A DNA stretch of 64,000 bases from Balanoglossus misakiensis (Eukaryota > Animalia > Hemichordata), in contig CM082586.2 in the NCBI GenBank assembly GCA_040954595.2, forward strand, positions 10,447,337 through 10,511,336, given 5' to 3'. Made by a program: the position numbers and the translations under genes. The notes under the pieces are model-generated. The model ran no database searches and was not told the DNA's origin. It saw only the letters and a program-made list of their open reading frames with translations. Shown here piece after piece: positions 22,942-33,520 of the stretch. The number at the start of each line of letters is the position of its first letter. Positions within the stretch are counted from its first letter, which is position 1.

Positions 22942-24610
22942 AACAGAAGTTATAACCGTTCATGACATAGTTGTTGAATCAGGTTTACCAAATTCTCAAT
23001 TTTGCAGAATACCCGTTTCATCAAATCTTCAAATCCCAATTTGGCGAGCCGAATTGCAGCAATATGATGACAAAATCATCTGCGATTACCTACAATATGG
23101 TTGGCCCGTCTACTATACAGCCTCAGAATTGCCATACTCTACAGTGAAAAACCACCCATCAGCTATAAATTACTCGGCGCATGTCGACAACTGGATCATT
23201 AACGAAGTCGCAGCCGGGGCTACAGCGGGTCCGTTCTTAACTAACCCCCTTGCCACACCACTCAGTACTTCCCCCATTCAGACTGTCGAAAAAAAAGATA
23301 GTGTTAATCGGCGTATAGTCTTTGATCTTAGTTCCCCAATCCACCATTCAGTAAATGACGGTATCCCCAAAGGGGAATATCTTGGGGAGAGTTTTCAGCT
23401 TCAATATCCTTCCATTGATGATTTCACTGCAATGATGACCCGTAAGGGCAGGGGATGCCTCCTATTTAAGCGCGATTTAAGCAGAGCTTATCGGCAAATA
23501 CCAGTCGATCCAGCGGACTACCATTTGCTGGGCTACACGTGGCGTAATTTATTGTTCTTTGACCTTACATTGCCATTTGGCTTGCGAACCGCAGCGCTAG
23601 CCTGCCAGCGCACCACTAATGCGGTTTCTTATATCTATTCCACGAAAGGGTATGATTGTGTTAATTACCTTGACGACTTCGGTGGTGCAGAGACCTCCAA
23701 CAAAGCCCACAAGGCATTTGCGGAGCTAGGTGACACGCTGGATAGACTGGGTTTGCAAGAAGCCAAACACAAAGCGGTGCCCCCGTCATCAATCATGACT
23801 TTTCTTGGAATCCAGTTGAACTCCCTTACAATGACTATGGAAGTTACTCCTGACCGGCTTAATGAAATAGAGCAAGAGCTGGGTGTATGGGTCACTAAAA
23901 CAAAAGCAACTAAGCGCGAGCTGCAATCACTCATAGGCAAGCTTTCCTTTATTGCCAAATGTGTCAAGCCTGGTAGGCTATTCCTGGCGAGAATGCTAGA
24001 TGTGTTGCGTACCGTCACCCGCAATCACTACCATATCTATCTAAACAGTGATTTCAAGGCAGATCTACGGTGGTGGATTAATTTCATTAGGGTTTATAAT
24101 GGGGTGTCTCTCATTAAAGAGTCAGGTTGGTGCCCGCCAGATGAAATATTTTCTTCGGATGCATGCCCAACAGGGGGAGGGGGGCTTTGCGACAACGAGT
24201 ATTTCCACGTGGAGTTCCCTGACTTTGTAAAGGTTGGGGACCCTCACATTAATGCCCTCGAATTACTCACTATTACTATAGCGGCAAAAATTTGGGGTGA
24301 TAGATGGTCTGGAAAGAAAATACAGGTCTCTTGCGACAACCAGGCAACAGTTTGGGTCATTAATACCGGTAGAGCTAGGGATAAACTAATGCTGTCTTGC
24401 TTGAGGGAATTATGGCTGGTAGCAGCGATTCACGAGTTTGAGCTACGTGCTGTGCACATCGCAGGCACCGAGAACCGGCTGGCTGATGCGCTCAGTCGCT
24501 GGCATCTTGACCCAAGTTATGAGCAACTCTTCAAATCATCTGTTAATATTTCTCAAATGACCGAGCACCCAGTCGCCGAGGATGACATTCGCTTTCTCAA
24601 TGAGTGGTGA
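22271..24610 (+). CDS. pol: Reverse transcriptase-RNase H (pol), copy 1; true start uncertain
   Basis: RT motifs RDLSRAYRQIP, LPFG, YLDDF; RNase H motifs SDAC, INALELL, CDNQA, NRLADALSR. Confidence 0.93.
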   Translation: MNHRVKSAGTECNINDFYTLMGITDQAVHKCDRSVQTDMEIDISRSLSMCNPEVLRDAIVNPSSISEPVLSIDEPVTCTIANVASEHTGCFDTSVSRDNVDKYLCKTHTVDLIEPDIETDLDKQIPIESLAHTVGDTTEFACEISAHGSSDGMISDDHDVFVSDMFTVENVPNMGPPNPTLVDHSVPDTYPLGNDMQYSELSDTPVGGDVCPPSSWPQASPPDLTEVITVHDIVVESGLPNSQFCRIPVSSNLQIPIWRAELQQYDDKIICDYLQYGWPVYYTASELPYSTVKNHPSAINYSAHVDNWIINEVAAGATAGPFLTNPLATPLSTSPIQTVEKKDSVNRRIVFDLSSPIHHSVNDGIPKGEYLGESFQLQYPSIDDFTAMMTRKGRGCLLFKRDLSRAYRQIPVDPADYHLLGYTWRNLLFFDLTLPFGLRTAALACQRTTNAVSYIYSTKGYDCVNYLDDFGGAETSNKAHKAFAELGDTLDRLGLQEAKHKAVPPSSIMTFLGIQLNSLTMTMEVTPDRLNEIEQELGVWVTKTKATKRELQSLIGKLSFIAKCVKPGRLFLARMLDVLRTVTRNHYHIYLNSDFKADLRWWINFIRVYNGVSLIKESGWCPPDEIFSSDACPTGGGGLCDNEYFHVEFPDFVKVGDPHINALELLTITIAAKIWGDRWSGKKIQVSCDNQATVWVINTGRARDKLMLSCLRELWLVAAIHEFELRAVHIAGTENRLADALSRWHLDPSYEQLFKSSVNISQMTEHPVAEDDIRFLNEW

Positions 24611-25629
24611 CTGATTTTATTTTTATTTCAGATCACTGCCAAACTATCCAAGCCTTAGACGCTCAAATCGCTATCTCAATGAGGTCAGCATTAGCGGAAG
24701 GAACTCGTCGGAATTTGTCGTCACAGTTGAAGAGTTACTTCCTGTTTTGTCAGTTTTTCAATTTTACTCCTGTTCCAGCATCTGTTCTTACAGTGTGTAG
24801 ATTTATCCAGTTTCTTGCAAGATCAGTAACTGCTACTGGCACCATTCAGAATTATTTGTACGCAATTCGTACCTTGCATAGAATCCATGGCTTCACGCCA
24901 TTGGCCGCTGATCAGTATGTTGTCAAATTACTTTTGAAATGTCTTTCCCGTAGCACTTTCCAGCCGGTGAGGCAGAAATTACCCATCACCCCCCAGTTGT
25001 TGCTACAGTTTTTCGGGCTTCTAGATGTGGCTGTTCCATTCGATGTTACTTTGTGGGCATGCCTTTTGATAGGGTTTTTCTCCTTTTTTCGCAAGTCAAA
25101 TCTTGTTCCGAAGTCTGCAACCGACTTTGATCCGGCTAAACACCTCTGTAGGGGTAAAGTCATTTCCTCAGATTCTGGCCTTATAATCGGCGTGACTTGG
25201 TCAAAAACCATTCAGTTTCGCGAACGCTGTTTGACTATTCCACTTGCCCGCATTCCAGGTTCGGTGTTGTGCCCTTTACAGGCATACAATCACATGTGTG
25301 AGATCATCCCAGCCCCACCCTCTAGCCCAGCATTTGTTTTTCCCAAATGTGGCAAATTGGTCCCCTTGACCCATTCAGGGCTGGTGAAAAGTATCAAATG
25401 TTTAGTTCAGAGGGCAGGCTTTCCTGCTGACATGTACTCGGGTCACAGCCTCCGTCGTGGGGGTGCAACCTTTGCATTCGAAAGTGGGGTCCCTGGGGAG
25501 CTTATCAAACTCCAAGGGGATTGGCAATCCAGCGCGTATCTCCGTTATCTTAACATTCCATTTCAGACTCGTTATCTGGTGTCCTTTCAAATGGGTCAGC
25601 ATATTAAAGACATCTCCGCGTCACACTGA
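24604..25629 (+). CDS. Tyrosine recombinase, copy 1 (intact); probably entered by splicing at 24632
   Basis: Catalytic-type motifs FFRKSN, GHSLRRG (HxxR), GDW and YLRY, with an N-terminal SAM-like region. Confidence 0.93.
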   Translation: MVTDFIFISDHCQTIQALDAQIAISMRSALAEGTRRNLSSQLKSYFLFCQFFNFTPVPASVLTVCRFIQFLARSVTATGTIQNYLYAIRTLHRIHGFTPLAADQYVVKLLLKCLSRSTFQPVRQKLPITPQLLLQFFGLLDVAVPFDVTLWACLLIGFFSFFRKSNLVPKSATDFDPAKHLCRGKVISSDSGLIIGVTWSKTIQFRERCLTIPLARIPGSVLCPLQAYNHMCEIIPAPPSSPAFVFPKCGKLVPLTHSGLVKSIKCLVQRAGFPADMYSGHSLRRGGATFAFESGVPGELIKLQGDWQSSAYLRYLNIPFQTRYLVSFQMGQHIKDISASH

Positions 25630-25673
25630 TTTTACTGTGGCACTAGCAGAGAGGCGGACCGGGTTTGGCAGTG

Positions 25674-25943
25674 GTTGGGCCTGCAAGAGCCCCCAGTTCA
25701 CGTAAATAAATAATGGCTCTTGCCTTCAGCTGCCAAACCTGTGTCCTTGGTTTGTGTGTTAGAGAGATCTCAAGTAATTTAGGTAACATTGCGATCAACG
25801 GCATAATGTTACCCAATTAAGCAACTCGAAAAGGGGCGCCCTCAACCTCAAACGAGCCTCAAAAATCCCATAATCCATCACTCACGGCCACTTCAAGGGT
25901 TCGGAGCGTGTCCTGCAGTGCACGCTCTCTCTGCCTCAATTTC
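25674..25943 (+). repeat. B (25674-25779) + A (25780-25943) junction between units 1 and 2
   Basis: GTTGGGCCTGCAAGAG...CAAGTAATT|TAGGTAAC. B contains AATAAA. Confidence 0.92.
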
Positions 25944-25960
25944 AATTTCTCACCGTTATT

Positions 25961-28900
25961 ATGGAGAACGCTGAACAACAGCTGCTGGATTTGGGAATAG
26001 AGCCCAGTCCAGTCGCCAAAAAGGGACCTGCAACTCGCAGTAAGACTACGACAAGAGCATCGACCGGTCGAAAAGTTCGCGTGGTCCCCCCCACCAAACT
26101 TTCCAAAGTACCAATGGCGTCAGATCGTTCGAAAGGCGGGAAATGTAGCAAACCTGTCAAGGAAGAAGACACTTCATCTGACGGGGAAGATGTGAGGTCA
26201 GAGAAAGAGAAGTTGCAGGCGGAGATAGCGAGACTGCAGGAGCAATCTGAAGTAGACAATTTAAGAAAACAACTAAAAGAAATGAAACTGGAGAAGGAAC
26301 GACGCAGCCCGCCAGCTGCTTCGAGCGGAAGTCCCAGAAGTCACGACCTGAGTCAACTCACGCTACCCGATCTCAAGAGGATGGCGAAAGAAGACTCACA
26401 ATTGCAGTGGTCGTTACCATCAGGCAGTCCGTGGCTACCAGCGACAGGGGCCGCTGGCGGCGGTGAAGACCTCCAACCGAACCAACTCCTGGCACAGTCC
26501 GGTTTATACACAGCAGCGCAGAGCAAAGCAGGTAACGTACCAATGAAATCGATGCGGTTCAACACCAGAACCGATCGTGTGCGACAGCACGTCCTATGGC
26601 CGCACATGTTCGTCAGGGCTCGGACATTCTCGGGCGCCCCACCAAAATTCGATGATATGTCAATGGCGGAATTTGTGGAAGGTAATCTCGCGATAGTGCA
26701 ACTTCCTACTTTGAGTGACACAGAGAAACAGCAGCGATTACAACACTTACAGTCGCTTATGAAAGACGCCAATTTGTTCCCCTGGGACGCCATCTTGAAG
26801 TTCGAGGGCGCGCTCCTCTCTGACATGGAGTCAGGACTCAGAACATGGGCAAATGACACCGCAGATCTGAGAGAGCTATATTTGCTGCCGCGTATCGGCG
26901 AGATCAGACGGGATAAAACAGCGGACAAATCCAAAAAGAAGGATCAGATTAATGTATGTTTCAAATACCAAAGTAACAAGTGCGAGAAGGAGGATTGCGC
27001 ATTCAAACACATATGTGAAGCCTGCATGAAGTTGCGTAACAACCTGGCCAAGCATCCCAAGATTGCCAGCCCCTGGAAGGATAAGGCCTTTAGAGAGCAA
27101 GAGAGCAACAAGTTGACCGATAGTTCTGGCAAAGCAGAGGTAGATAAGTCTAAACAAGACTCTCATGACTGTGACAGCAATTTAATTCCTAAATTGAACC
27201 ATAGAGTCAAAAGTGCAGGCACGGAGTGTAATATCAATGACTTTTATACATTGATGGGCATCACAGATCAGGCAGTGCACAAGTGTGATCGCTCTGTACA
27301 AACTGACATGGAGATTGATATTTCAAGAAGCCTGTCAATGTGCAACCCGGAGGTTTTGCGGGATGCTATTGTTAACCCTAGTAGTATTTCTGAACCAGTG
27401 CTTTCGATTGACGAGCCAGTAACATGTACCATTGCCAATGTTGCCTCTGAACACACAGGTTGTTTTGATACCTCTGTTAGCAGGGATAATGTTGACAAAT
27501 ACCTTTGTAAAACTCATACAGTTGATTTGATAGAACCTGATATTGAGACTGATCTTGACAAGCAAATCCCTATTGAATCACTAGCCCATACCGTCGGTGA
27601 TACCACTGAATTTGCATGTGAGATTAGCGCTCATGGTTCATCTGACGGTATGATCAGTGATGACCACGATGTCTTTGTTAGTGACATGTTTACTGTGGAA
27701 AATGTTCCAAATATGGGGCCTCCCAACCCCACCCTTGTTGATCACAGTGTTCCAGACACTTATCCACTGGGCAATGATATGCAGTATTCTGAGTTATCAG
27801 ATACTCCCGTGGGCGGGGATGTCTGTCCCCCGTCGTCATGGCCACAAGCGTCACCCCCTGATTTAACAGAAGTTATAACCGTTCATGACATAGTTGTTGA
27901 ATCAGGTTTACCAAATTCTCAATTTTGCAGAATACCCGTTTCATCAAATCTTCAAATCCCAATTTGGCGAGCCGAATTGCAGCAATATGATGACAAAATC
28001 ATCTGCGATTACCTACAATATGGTTGGCCCGTCTACTATACAGCCTCAGAATTGCCATACTCTACAGTGAAAAACCACCCATCAGCTATAAATTACTCGG
28101 CGCATGTCGACAACTGGATCATTAACGAAGTCGCAGCCGGGGCTACAGCGGGTCCGTTCTTAACTAACCCCCTTGCCACACCACTCAGTACTTCCCCCAT
28201 TCAGACTGTCGAAAAAAAAGATAGTGTTAATCGGCGTATAGTCTTTGATCTTAGTTCCCCAATCCACCATTCAGTAAATGACGGTATCCCCAAAGGGGAA
28301 TATCTTGGGGAGAGTTTTCAGCTTCAATATCCTTCCATTGATGATTTCACTGCAATGATGACCCGTAAGGGCAGGGGATGCCTCCTATTTAAGCGCGATT
28401 TAAGCAGAGCTTATCGGCAAATACCAGTCGATCCAGCGGACTACCATTTGCTGGGCTACACGTGGCGTAATTTATTGTTCTTTGACCTTACATTGCCATT
28501 TGGCTTGCGAACCGCAGCGCTAGCCTGCCAGCGCACCACTAATGCGGTTTCTTATATCTATTCCACGAAAGGGTATGACTGTGTTAATTACCTTGACGAC
28601 TTCGGTGGTGCAGAGACCTCCAACAAAGCCCACAAGGCATTTGCGGAGCTAGGTGACACGCTGGATAGACTGGGTTTGCAAGAAGCCAAACACAAAGCGG
28701 TGCCCCCGTCATCAATCATGACTTTTCTTGGAATCCAGTTGAACTCCCTTACAATGACTATGGAAGTTACTCCTGACCGGCTTAATGAAATAGAGCAAGA
28801 GCTGGGTGTATGGGTCACTAAAACAAAAGCAACTAAGCGCGAGCTGCAATCACTCATAGGCAAGCTTTCCTTTATTGCCAAATGTGTCAAGCCTGGTAGG

Positions 28901-29533
28901 CTATTCCTGGCGAGAATGCTAGATGTGTTGCGTACCGTCACCCGCAATCACTACCATATCTATCTAAACAGTGATTTCAAGGCAGATCTACGGTGGTGGA
29001 TTAATTTCATTAGGGTTTATAATGGGGTGTCTCTCATTAAAGAGTCAGGTTGGTGCCCGCCAGATGAAATATTTTCTTCGGATGCATGCCCAAAAGGGGG
29101 AGGGGGGCTTTGCGACAACGAGTATTTCCACGTGGAGTTCCCTGACTTTGTAAAGGTTGGGGACCCTCACATTAATGCCCTCGAATTACTCACTATTACT
29201 ATAGCGGCAAAAATTTGGGGTGATAGATGGTCTGGAAAGAAAATACAGGTCTCTTGCGACAACCAGGCAACAGTTTGGGTCATTAATACCGGTAGAGCTA
29301 GGGATAAACTAATGCTGTCTTGCTTGAGGGAATTATGGCTGGTAGCAGCGATTCACGAGTTTGAGCTACGTGCTGTGCACATCGCAGGCACCGAGAACCG
29401 GCTGGCTGATGCGCTCAGTCGCTGGCATCTTGACCCAAGTTATGAGCAACTCTTCAAATCATCTGTTAATATTTCTCAAATGACCGAGCACCCAGTCGCC
29501 GAGGATGACATTCGCTTTCTCAATGAGTGGTGA
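25961..29533 (+). CDS. Fused Gag-RT-RNase H ORF, copy 2 (no internal duplication), 1190 aa
   Basis: A single open frame contains the gag zinc finger, YLDD RT and RNase H motifs. Confidence 0.93.
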   Translation: MENAEQQLLDLGIEPSPVAKKGPATRSKTTTRASTGRKVRVVPPTKLSKVPMASDRSKGGKCSKPVKEEDTSSDGEDVRSEKEKLQAEIARLQEQSEVDNLRKQLKEMKLEKERRSPPAASSGSPRSHDLSQLTLPDLKRMAKEDSQLQWSLPSGSPWLPATGAAGGGEDLQPNQLLAQSGLYTAAQSKAGNVPMKSMRFNTRTDRVRQHVLWPHMFVRARTFSGAPPKFDDMSMAEFVEGNLAIVQLPTLSDTEKQQRLQHLQSLMKDANLFPWDAILKFEGALLSDMESGLRTWANDTADLRELYLLPRIGEIRRDKTADKSKKKDQINVCFKYQSNKCEKEDCAFKHICEACMKLRNNLAKHPKIASPWKDKAFREQESNKLTDSSGKAEVDKSKQDSHDCDSNLIPKLNHRVKSAGTECNINDFYTLMGITDQAVHKCDRSVQTDMEIDISRSLSMCNPEVLRDAIVNPSSISEPVLSIDEPVTCTIANVASEHTGCFDTSVSRDNVDKYLCKTHTVDLIEPDIETDLDKQIPIESLAHTVGDTTEFACEISAHGSSDGMISDDHDVFVSDMFTVENVPNMGPPNPTLVDHSVPDTYPLGNDMQYSELSDTPVGGDVCPPSSWPQASPPDLTEVITVHDIVVESGLPNSQFCRIPVSSNLQIPIWRAELQQYDDKIICDYLQYGWPVYYTASELPYSTVKNHPSAINYSAHVDNWIINEVAAGATAGPFLTNPLATPLSTSPIQTVEKKDSVNRRIVFDLSSPIHHSVNDGIPKGEYLGESFQLQYPSIDDFTAMMTRKGRGCLLFKRDLSRAYRQIPVDPADYHLLGYTWRNLLFFDLTLPFGLRTAALACQRTTNAVSYIYSTKGYDCVNYLDDFGGAETSNKAHKAFAELGDTLDRLGLQEAKHKAVPPSSIMTFLGIQLNSLTMTMEVTPDRLNEIEQELGVWVTKTKATKRELQSLIGKLSFIAKCVKPGRLFLARMLDVLRTVTRNHYHIYLNSDFKADLRWWINFIRVYNGVSLIKESGWCPPDEIFSSDACPKGGGGLCDNEYFHVEFPDFVKVGDPHINALELLTITIAAKIWGDRWSGKKIQVSCDNQATVWVINTGRARDKLMLSCLRELWLVAAIHEFELRAVHIAGTENRLADALSRWHLDPSYEQLFKSSVNISQMTEHPVAEDDIRFLNEW

Positions 29534-30551
29534 CTGATTTTATTTTTATTTCAGATCACTGCCAAACTATCCAAGCCTTAGACGCTCAAATCGCTATCTC
29601 AATGAGGTCAGCATTAGCGGAAGGAACTCGTCGGAATTTGTCGTCACAGTTGAAGAGTTACTTCCTGTTTTGTCAGTTTTTCAATTTTACTCCTGTTCCA
29701 GCATCTGTTCTTACAGTGTGTAGATTTATCCAGTTTCTTGCAAGATCAGTAACTGCTACTGGCACCATTCAGAATTATTTGTACGCAATTCGTACCTTGC
29801 ATAGAATCCATGGCTTCACGCCATTGGCCGCTGATCAGTATGTTGTCAAATTACTTTTGAAATGTCTTTCCCGTAGCACTTTCCAGCCAGTGAGGCAGAA
29901 ATTACCCATCACCCCCCAGTTGTTGCTACAGTTTTTCGGGCTTCTAGATGTGGCTGTTCCATTCGATGTTACTTTGTGGGCATGCCTTTTGATAGGGTTT
30001 TTCTCCTTTTTTCGCAAGTCAAATCTTGTTCCGAAGTCTGCAACCGACTTTGATCCGGCTAAACACCTCTGTAGGGGTAAAGTCATTTCCTCAGATTCTG
30101 GCCTTATAATCGGCGTGACTTGGTCAAAAACCATTCAGTTTCGCGAACGCTGTTTGACTATTCCACTTGCCCACATTCCAGGTTCGGTGTTGTGCCCTTT
30201 ACAGGCATACAATCACATGTGTGAGATCATCCCAGCCCCACCCTCTAGCCCAGGATTCATTTTCCCAAATGTGGCAAATTGGTCCCCTTGACCCATTCAG
30301 GGCTGGTGAAAAGTATCAAATGTTTAGTTCAGAGGGCAGGCTTTCCTGCTGACATGTACTCGGGTCACAGCCTCCGTCGTGGGGGTGCAACCTTTGCATT
30401 CGAAAGTGGGGTCCCTGGGGAGCTTATCAAACTCCAAGGGGATTGGCAATCCAGCGCGTATCTCCGTTATCTTAACATTCCATTTCAGACTCGTTATCTG
30501 GTGTCCTTTCAAATGGGTCAGCATATTAAAGACATCTCCGCGTCACACTGA
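29527..30551 (+). pseudogene. Tyrosine recombinase, copy 2, frameshifted
   Basis: CCAGGATTCATTTTCCC at ~30250-30266 versus CCAGCATTTGTTTTTCCC in copies 1 and 3 (net -1). The HxxR/Y motifs fall in a separate ORF at 30279-30551. Confidence 0.88.
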
Positions 30552-30595
30552 TTTTACTGTGGCACTAGCAGAGAGGCGGACCGGGTTTGGCAGTG

Positions 30596-30865
30596 GTTGG
30601 GCCTGCAAGAGCCCCCAGTTCACGTAAATAAATAATGGCTCTTGCCTTCAGCTGCCAAACCTGTGTCCTTGGTTTGTGTGTTAGAGAGATCTCAAGTAAT
30701 TTAGGTAACATTGCGATCAACGGCATAATGTTACCCAATTAAGCAACTCGAAAAGGGGCGCCCTCAACCTCAAACGAGCCTCAAAAATCCCATAATCCAT
30801 CACTCACGGCCACTTCAAGGGTTCGGAGCGTGTCCTGCAGTGCACGCTCTCTCTGCCTCAATTTC
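30596..30865 (+). repeat. B (30596-30701) + A (30702-30865) junction between units 2 and 3
   Basis: Same sequence as 25674-25943. Confidence 0.92.
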
Positions 30866-30882
30866 AATTTCTCACCGTTATT

Positions 30883-32799
30883 ATGGAGAACGCTGAACAA
30901 CAGCTGCTGGATTTGGGAATAGAGCCCAGTCCAGTCGCCAAAAAGGGACCTGCAACTCGCAGTAAGACTACGACAAGAGCATCGACCGGTCGAAAAGTTC
31001 GCGTGGTCCCCCCCACCAAACTTTCCAAAGTACCAATGGCGTCAGATCGTTCGAAAGGCGGGAAATGTAGCAAACCTGTCAAGGAAGAAGACACTTCATC
31101 TGACGGGGAAGATGTGAGGTCAGAGAAAGAGAAGTTGCAGGCGGAGATAGCGAGACTGCAGGAGCAATCTGAAGTAGACAATTTAAGAAAACAACTAAAA
31201 GAAATGAAACTGGAGAAGGAACGACGCAGCCCGCCAGCTGCTTCGAGCGGAAGTCCCAGAAGTCACGACCTGAGTCAACTCACGCTACCCGATCTCAAGA
31301 GGATGGCGAAAGAAGACTCACAATTGCAGTGGTCGTTACCATCAGGCAGTCCGTGGCTACCAGCGACAGGGGCCGCTGGCGGCGGTGAAGACCTCCAACC
31401 GAACCAACTCCTGGCACAGTCCGGTTTATACACAGCAGCGCAGAGCAAAGCAGGTAACGTACCAATGAAATCGATGCGGTTCAACACCAGAACCGATCGT
31501 GTGCGACAGCACGTCCTATGGCCGCACATGTTCGTCAGGGCTCGGACATTCTCGGGCGCCCCACCAAAATTCGATGATATGTCAATGGCGGAATTTGTGG
31601 AAGGTAATCTCGCGATAGTGCAACTTCCTACTTTGAGTGACACAGAGAAACAGCAGCGATTACAACACTTACAGTCGCTTATGAAAGACGCCAATTTGTT
31701 CCCCTGGGACGCCATCTTGAAGTTCGAGGGCGCGCTCCTCTCTGACATGGAGTCAGGACTCAGAACATGGGCAAATGACACCGCAGATCTGAGAGAGCTA
31801 TATTTGCTGCCGCGTATCGGCGAGATCAGACGGGATAAAACAGCGGACAAATCCAAAAAGAAGGATCAGATTAATGTATGTTTCAAATACCAAAGTAACA
31901 AGTGCGAGAAGGAGGATTGCGCATTCAAACACATATGTGAAGCCTGCATGAAGTTGCGTAACAACCTGGCCAAGCATCCCAAGATTGCCAGCCCCTGGAA
32001 GGATAAGGCCTTTAGAGAGCAAGAGAGCAACAAGTTGACCGATAGTTCTGGCAAAGCAGAGGTAGATAAGTCTAAACAAGACTCTCATGACTGTGACAGC
32101 AATTTAATTCCTAAATTGAACCATAGAGTCAAAAGTGCAGGCACGGAGTGTAATATCAATGACTTTTATACATTGATGGGCATCACAGATCAGGCAGTGC
32201 ACAAGTGTGATCGCTCTGTACAAACTGACATGGAGATTGATATTTCAAGAAGCCTGTCAATGTGCAACCCGGAGGTTTTGCGGGATGCTATTGTTAACCC
32301 TAGTAGTATTTCTGAACCAGTGCTTTCGATTGACGAGCCAGTAACATGTACCATTGCCAATGTTGCCTCTGAATATACAGGTTGTTTTGATACCTCTGTT
32401 AGCAGGGATAATGTTGACAAATACCTTTGTAAAACTCATACAGTTGATTTGATAGAACCTGATATTGAGACTGATCTTGACAAGCAAATCCCTATTGAAT
32501 CACTAGCCCATACCGTCGGTGATACCACTGAATTTGCATGTGAGATTAGCGCTCATGGTTCATCTGACGGTATGATCAGTGATGACCACGATGTCTTTGT
32601 TAGTGATATGTTTACTGTGGAAAATGTTCCAAATATGGGGCCTCCCAACCCCACCCTTGTTGATCACAGTGTTCCAGACACTTATCCACTGGGCAATGAT
32701 ATGCAGTATTCTGAGTTATCAGATACTCCCGTGGGCGGGGATGTCTGTCCCCCGTCGTCATGGCCACAAGGGTCACCCCTTGATTTAAAGCAGAGGTAG
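30883..32799 (+). CDS. gag: Gag-like ORF1, copy 3
   Basis: 638 aa, near-identical to 20304-22220. Confidence 0.85.
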   Translation: MENAEQQLLDLGIEPSPVAKKGPATRSKTTTRASTGRKVRVVPPTKLSKVPMASDRSKGGKCSKPVKEEDTSSDGEDVRSEKEKLQAEIARLQEQSEVDNLRKQLKEMKLEKERRSPPAASSGSPRSHDLSQLTLPDLKRMAKEDSQLQWSLPSGSPWLPATGAAGGGEDLQPNQLLAQSGLYTAAQSKAGNVPMKSMRFNTRTDRVRQHVLWPHMFVRARTFSGAPPKFDDMSMAEFVEGNLAIVQLPTLSDTEKQQRLQHLQSLMKDANLFPWDAILKFEGALLSDMESGLRTWANDTADLRELYLLPRIGEIRRDKTADKSKKKDQINVCFKYQSNKCEKEDCAFKHICEACMKLRNNLAKHPKIASPWKDKAFREQESNKLTDSSGKAEVDKSKQDSHDCDSNLIPKLNHRVKSAGTECNINDFYTLMGITDQAVHKCDRSVQTDMEIDISRSLSMCNPEVLRDAIVNPSSISEPVLSIDEPVTCTIANVASEYTGCFDTSVSRDNVDKYLCKTHTVDLIEPDIETDLDKQIPIESLAHTVGDTTEFACEISAHGSSDGMISDDHDVFVSDMFTVENVPNMGPPNPTLVDHSVPDTYPLGNDMQYSELSDTPVGGDVCPPSSWPQGSPLDLKQR

Positions 32800-33520
32800 A
32801 TAAGTCTAAACAAGACTCTCATGACTGTGACAGCAATTTAATTCCTAAATTGAACCATAGAGTCAAAAGTGCAGGTACGGAGTGTAATATCAATGACTTT
32901 TATACATTGATGGGCATCACAGATCAGGCAGTGCACAAGTGTGATCGCTCTGTACAAACTGACATGGAGATTGATATTTCAAGAAGCCTGTCAATGTGCA
33001 ACCCGGAGGTTTTGCGGGATGCTATTGTTAACCCTAGTAGTATTTCTGAACCAGTGCTTTCGATTGACGAGCCAGTAACATGTACCATTGCCAATGTTGC
33101 CTCTGAACACACAGGTTGTTTTGATACCTCTGTTAGCAGGGATAATGTTGACAAATACCTTTGTAAAACTCATACAGTTGATTTGATAGAACCTGATATT
33201 GAGACTGATCTTGACAAGCAAATCCCTATTGAATCACTAGCCCATACCGTCGGTGATACCACTGAATTTGCATGTGAGATTAGCGCTCATGGTTCATCTG
33301 ACGGTATGATCAGTGATGACCACGATGTCTTTGTTAGTGACATGTTTACTGTGGAAAATGTTCCAAATATGGGGCCTCCCAACCCCACCCTTGTTGATCA
33401 CAGTGTTCCAGACACTTATCCACTGGGCAATGATATGCAGTATTCTGAGTTATCAGATACTCCCGTGGGCGGGGATGTCTGTCCCCCGTCGTCATGGCCA
33501 CAAGCGTCACCCCCTGATTT
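32053..33520 (+). repeat. 734-bp direct tandem duplication, copy 3
   Basis: Anchor at 32053 and 32787; same junction as in copy 1. Confidence 0.95.
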
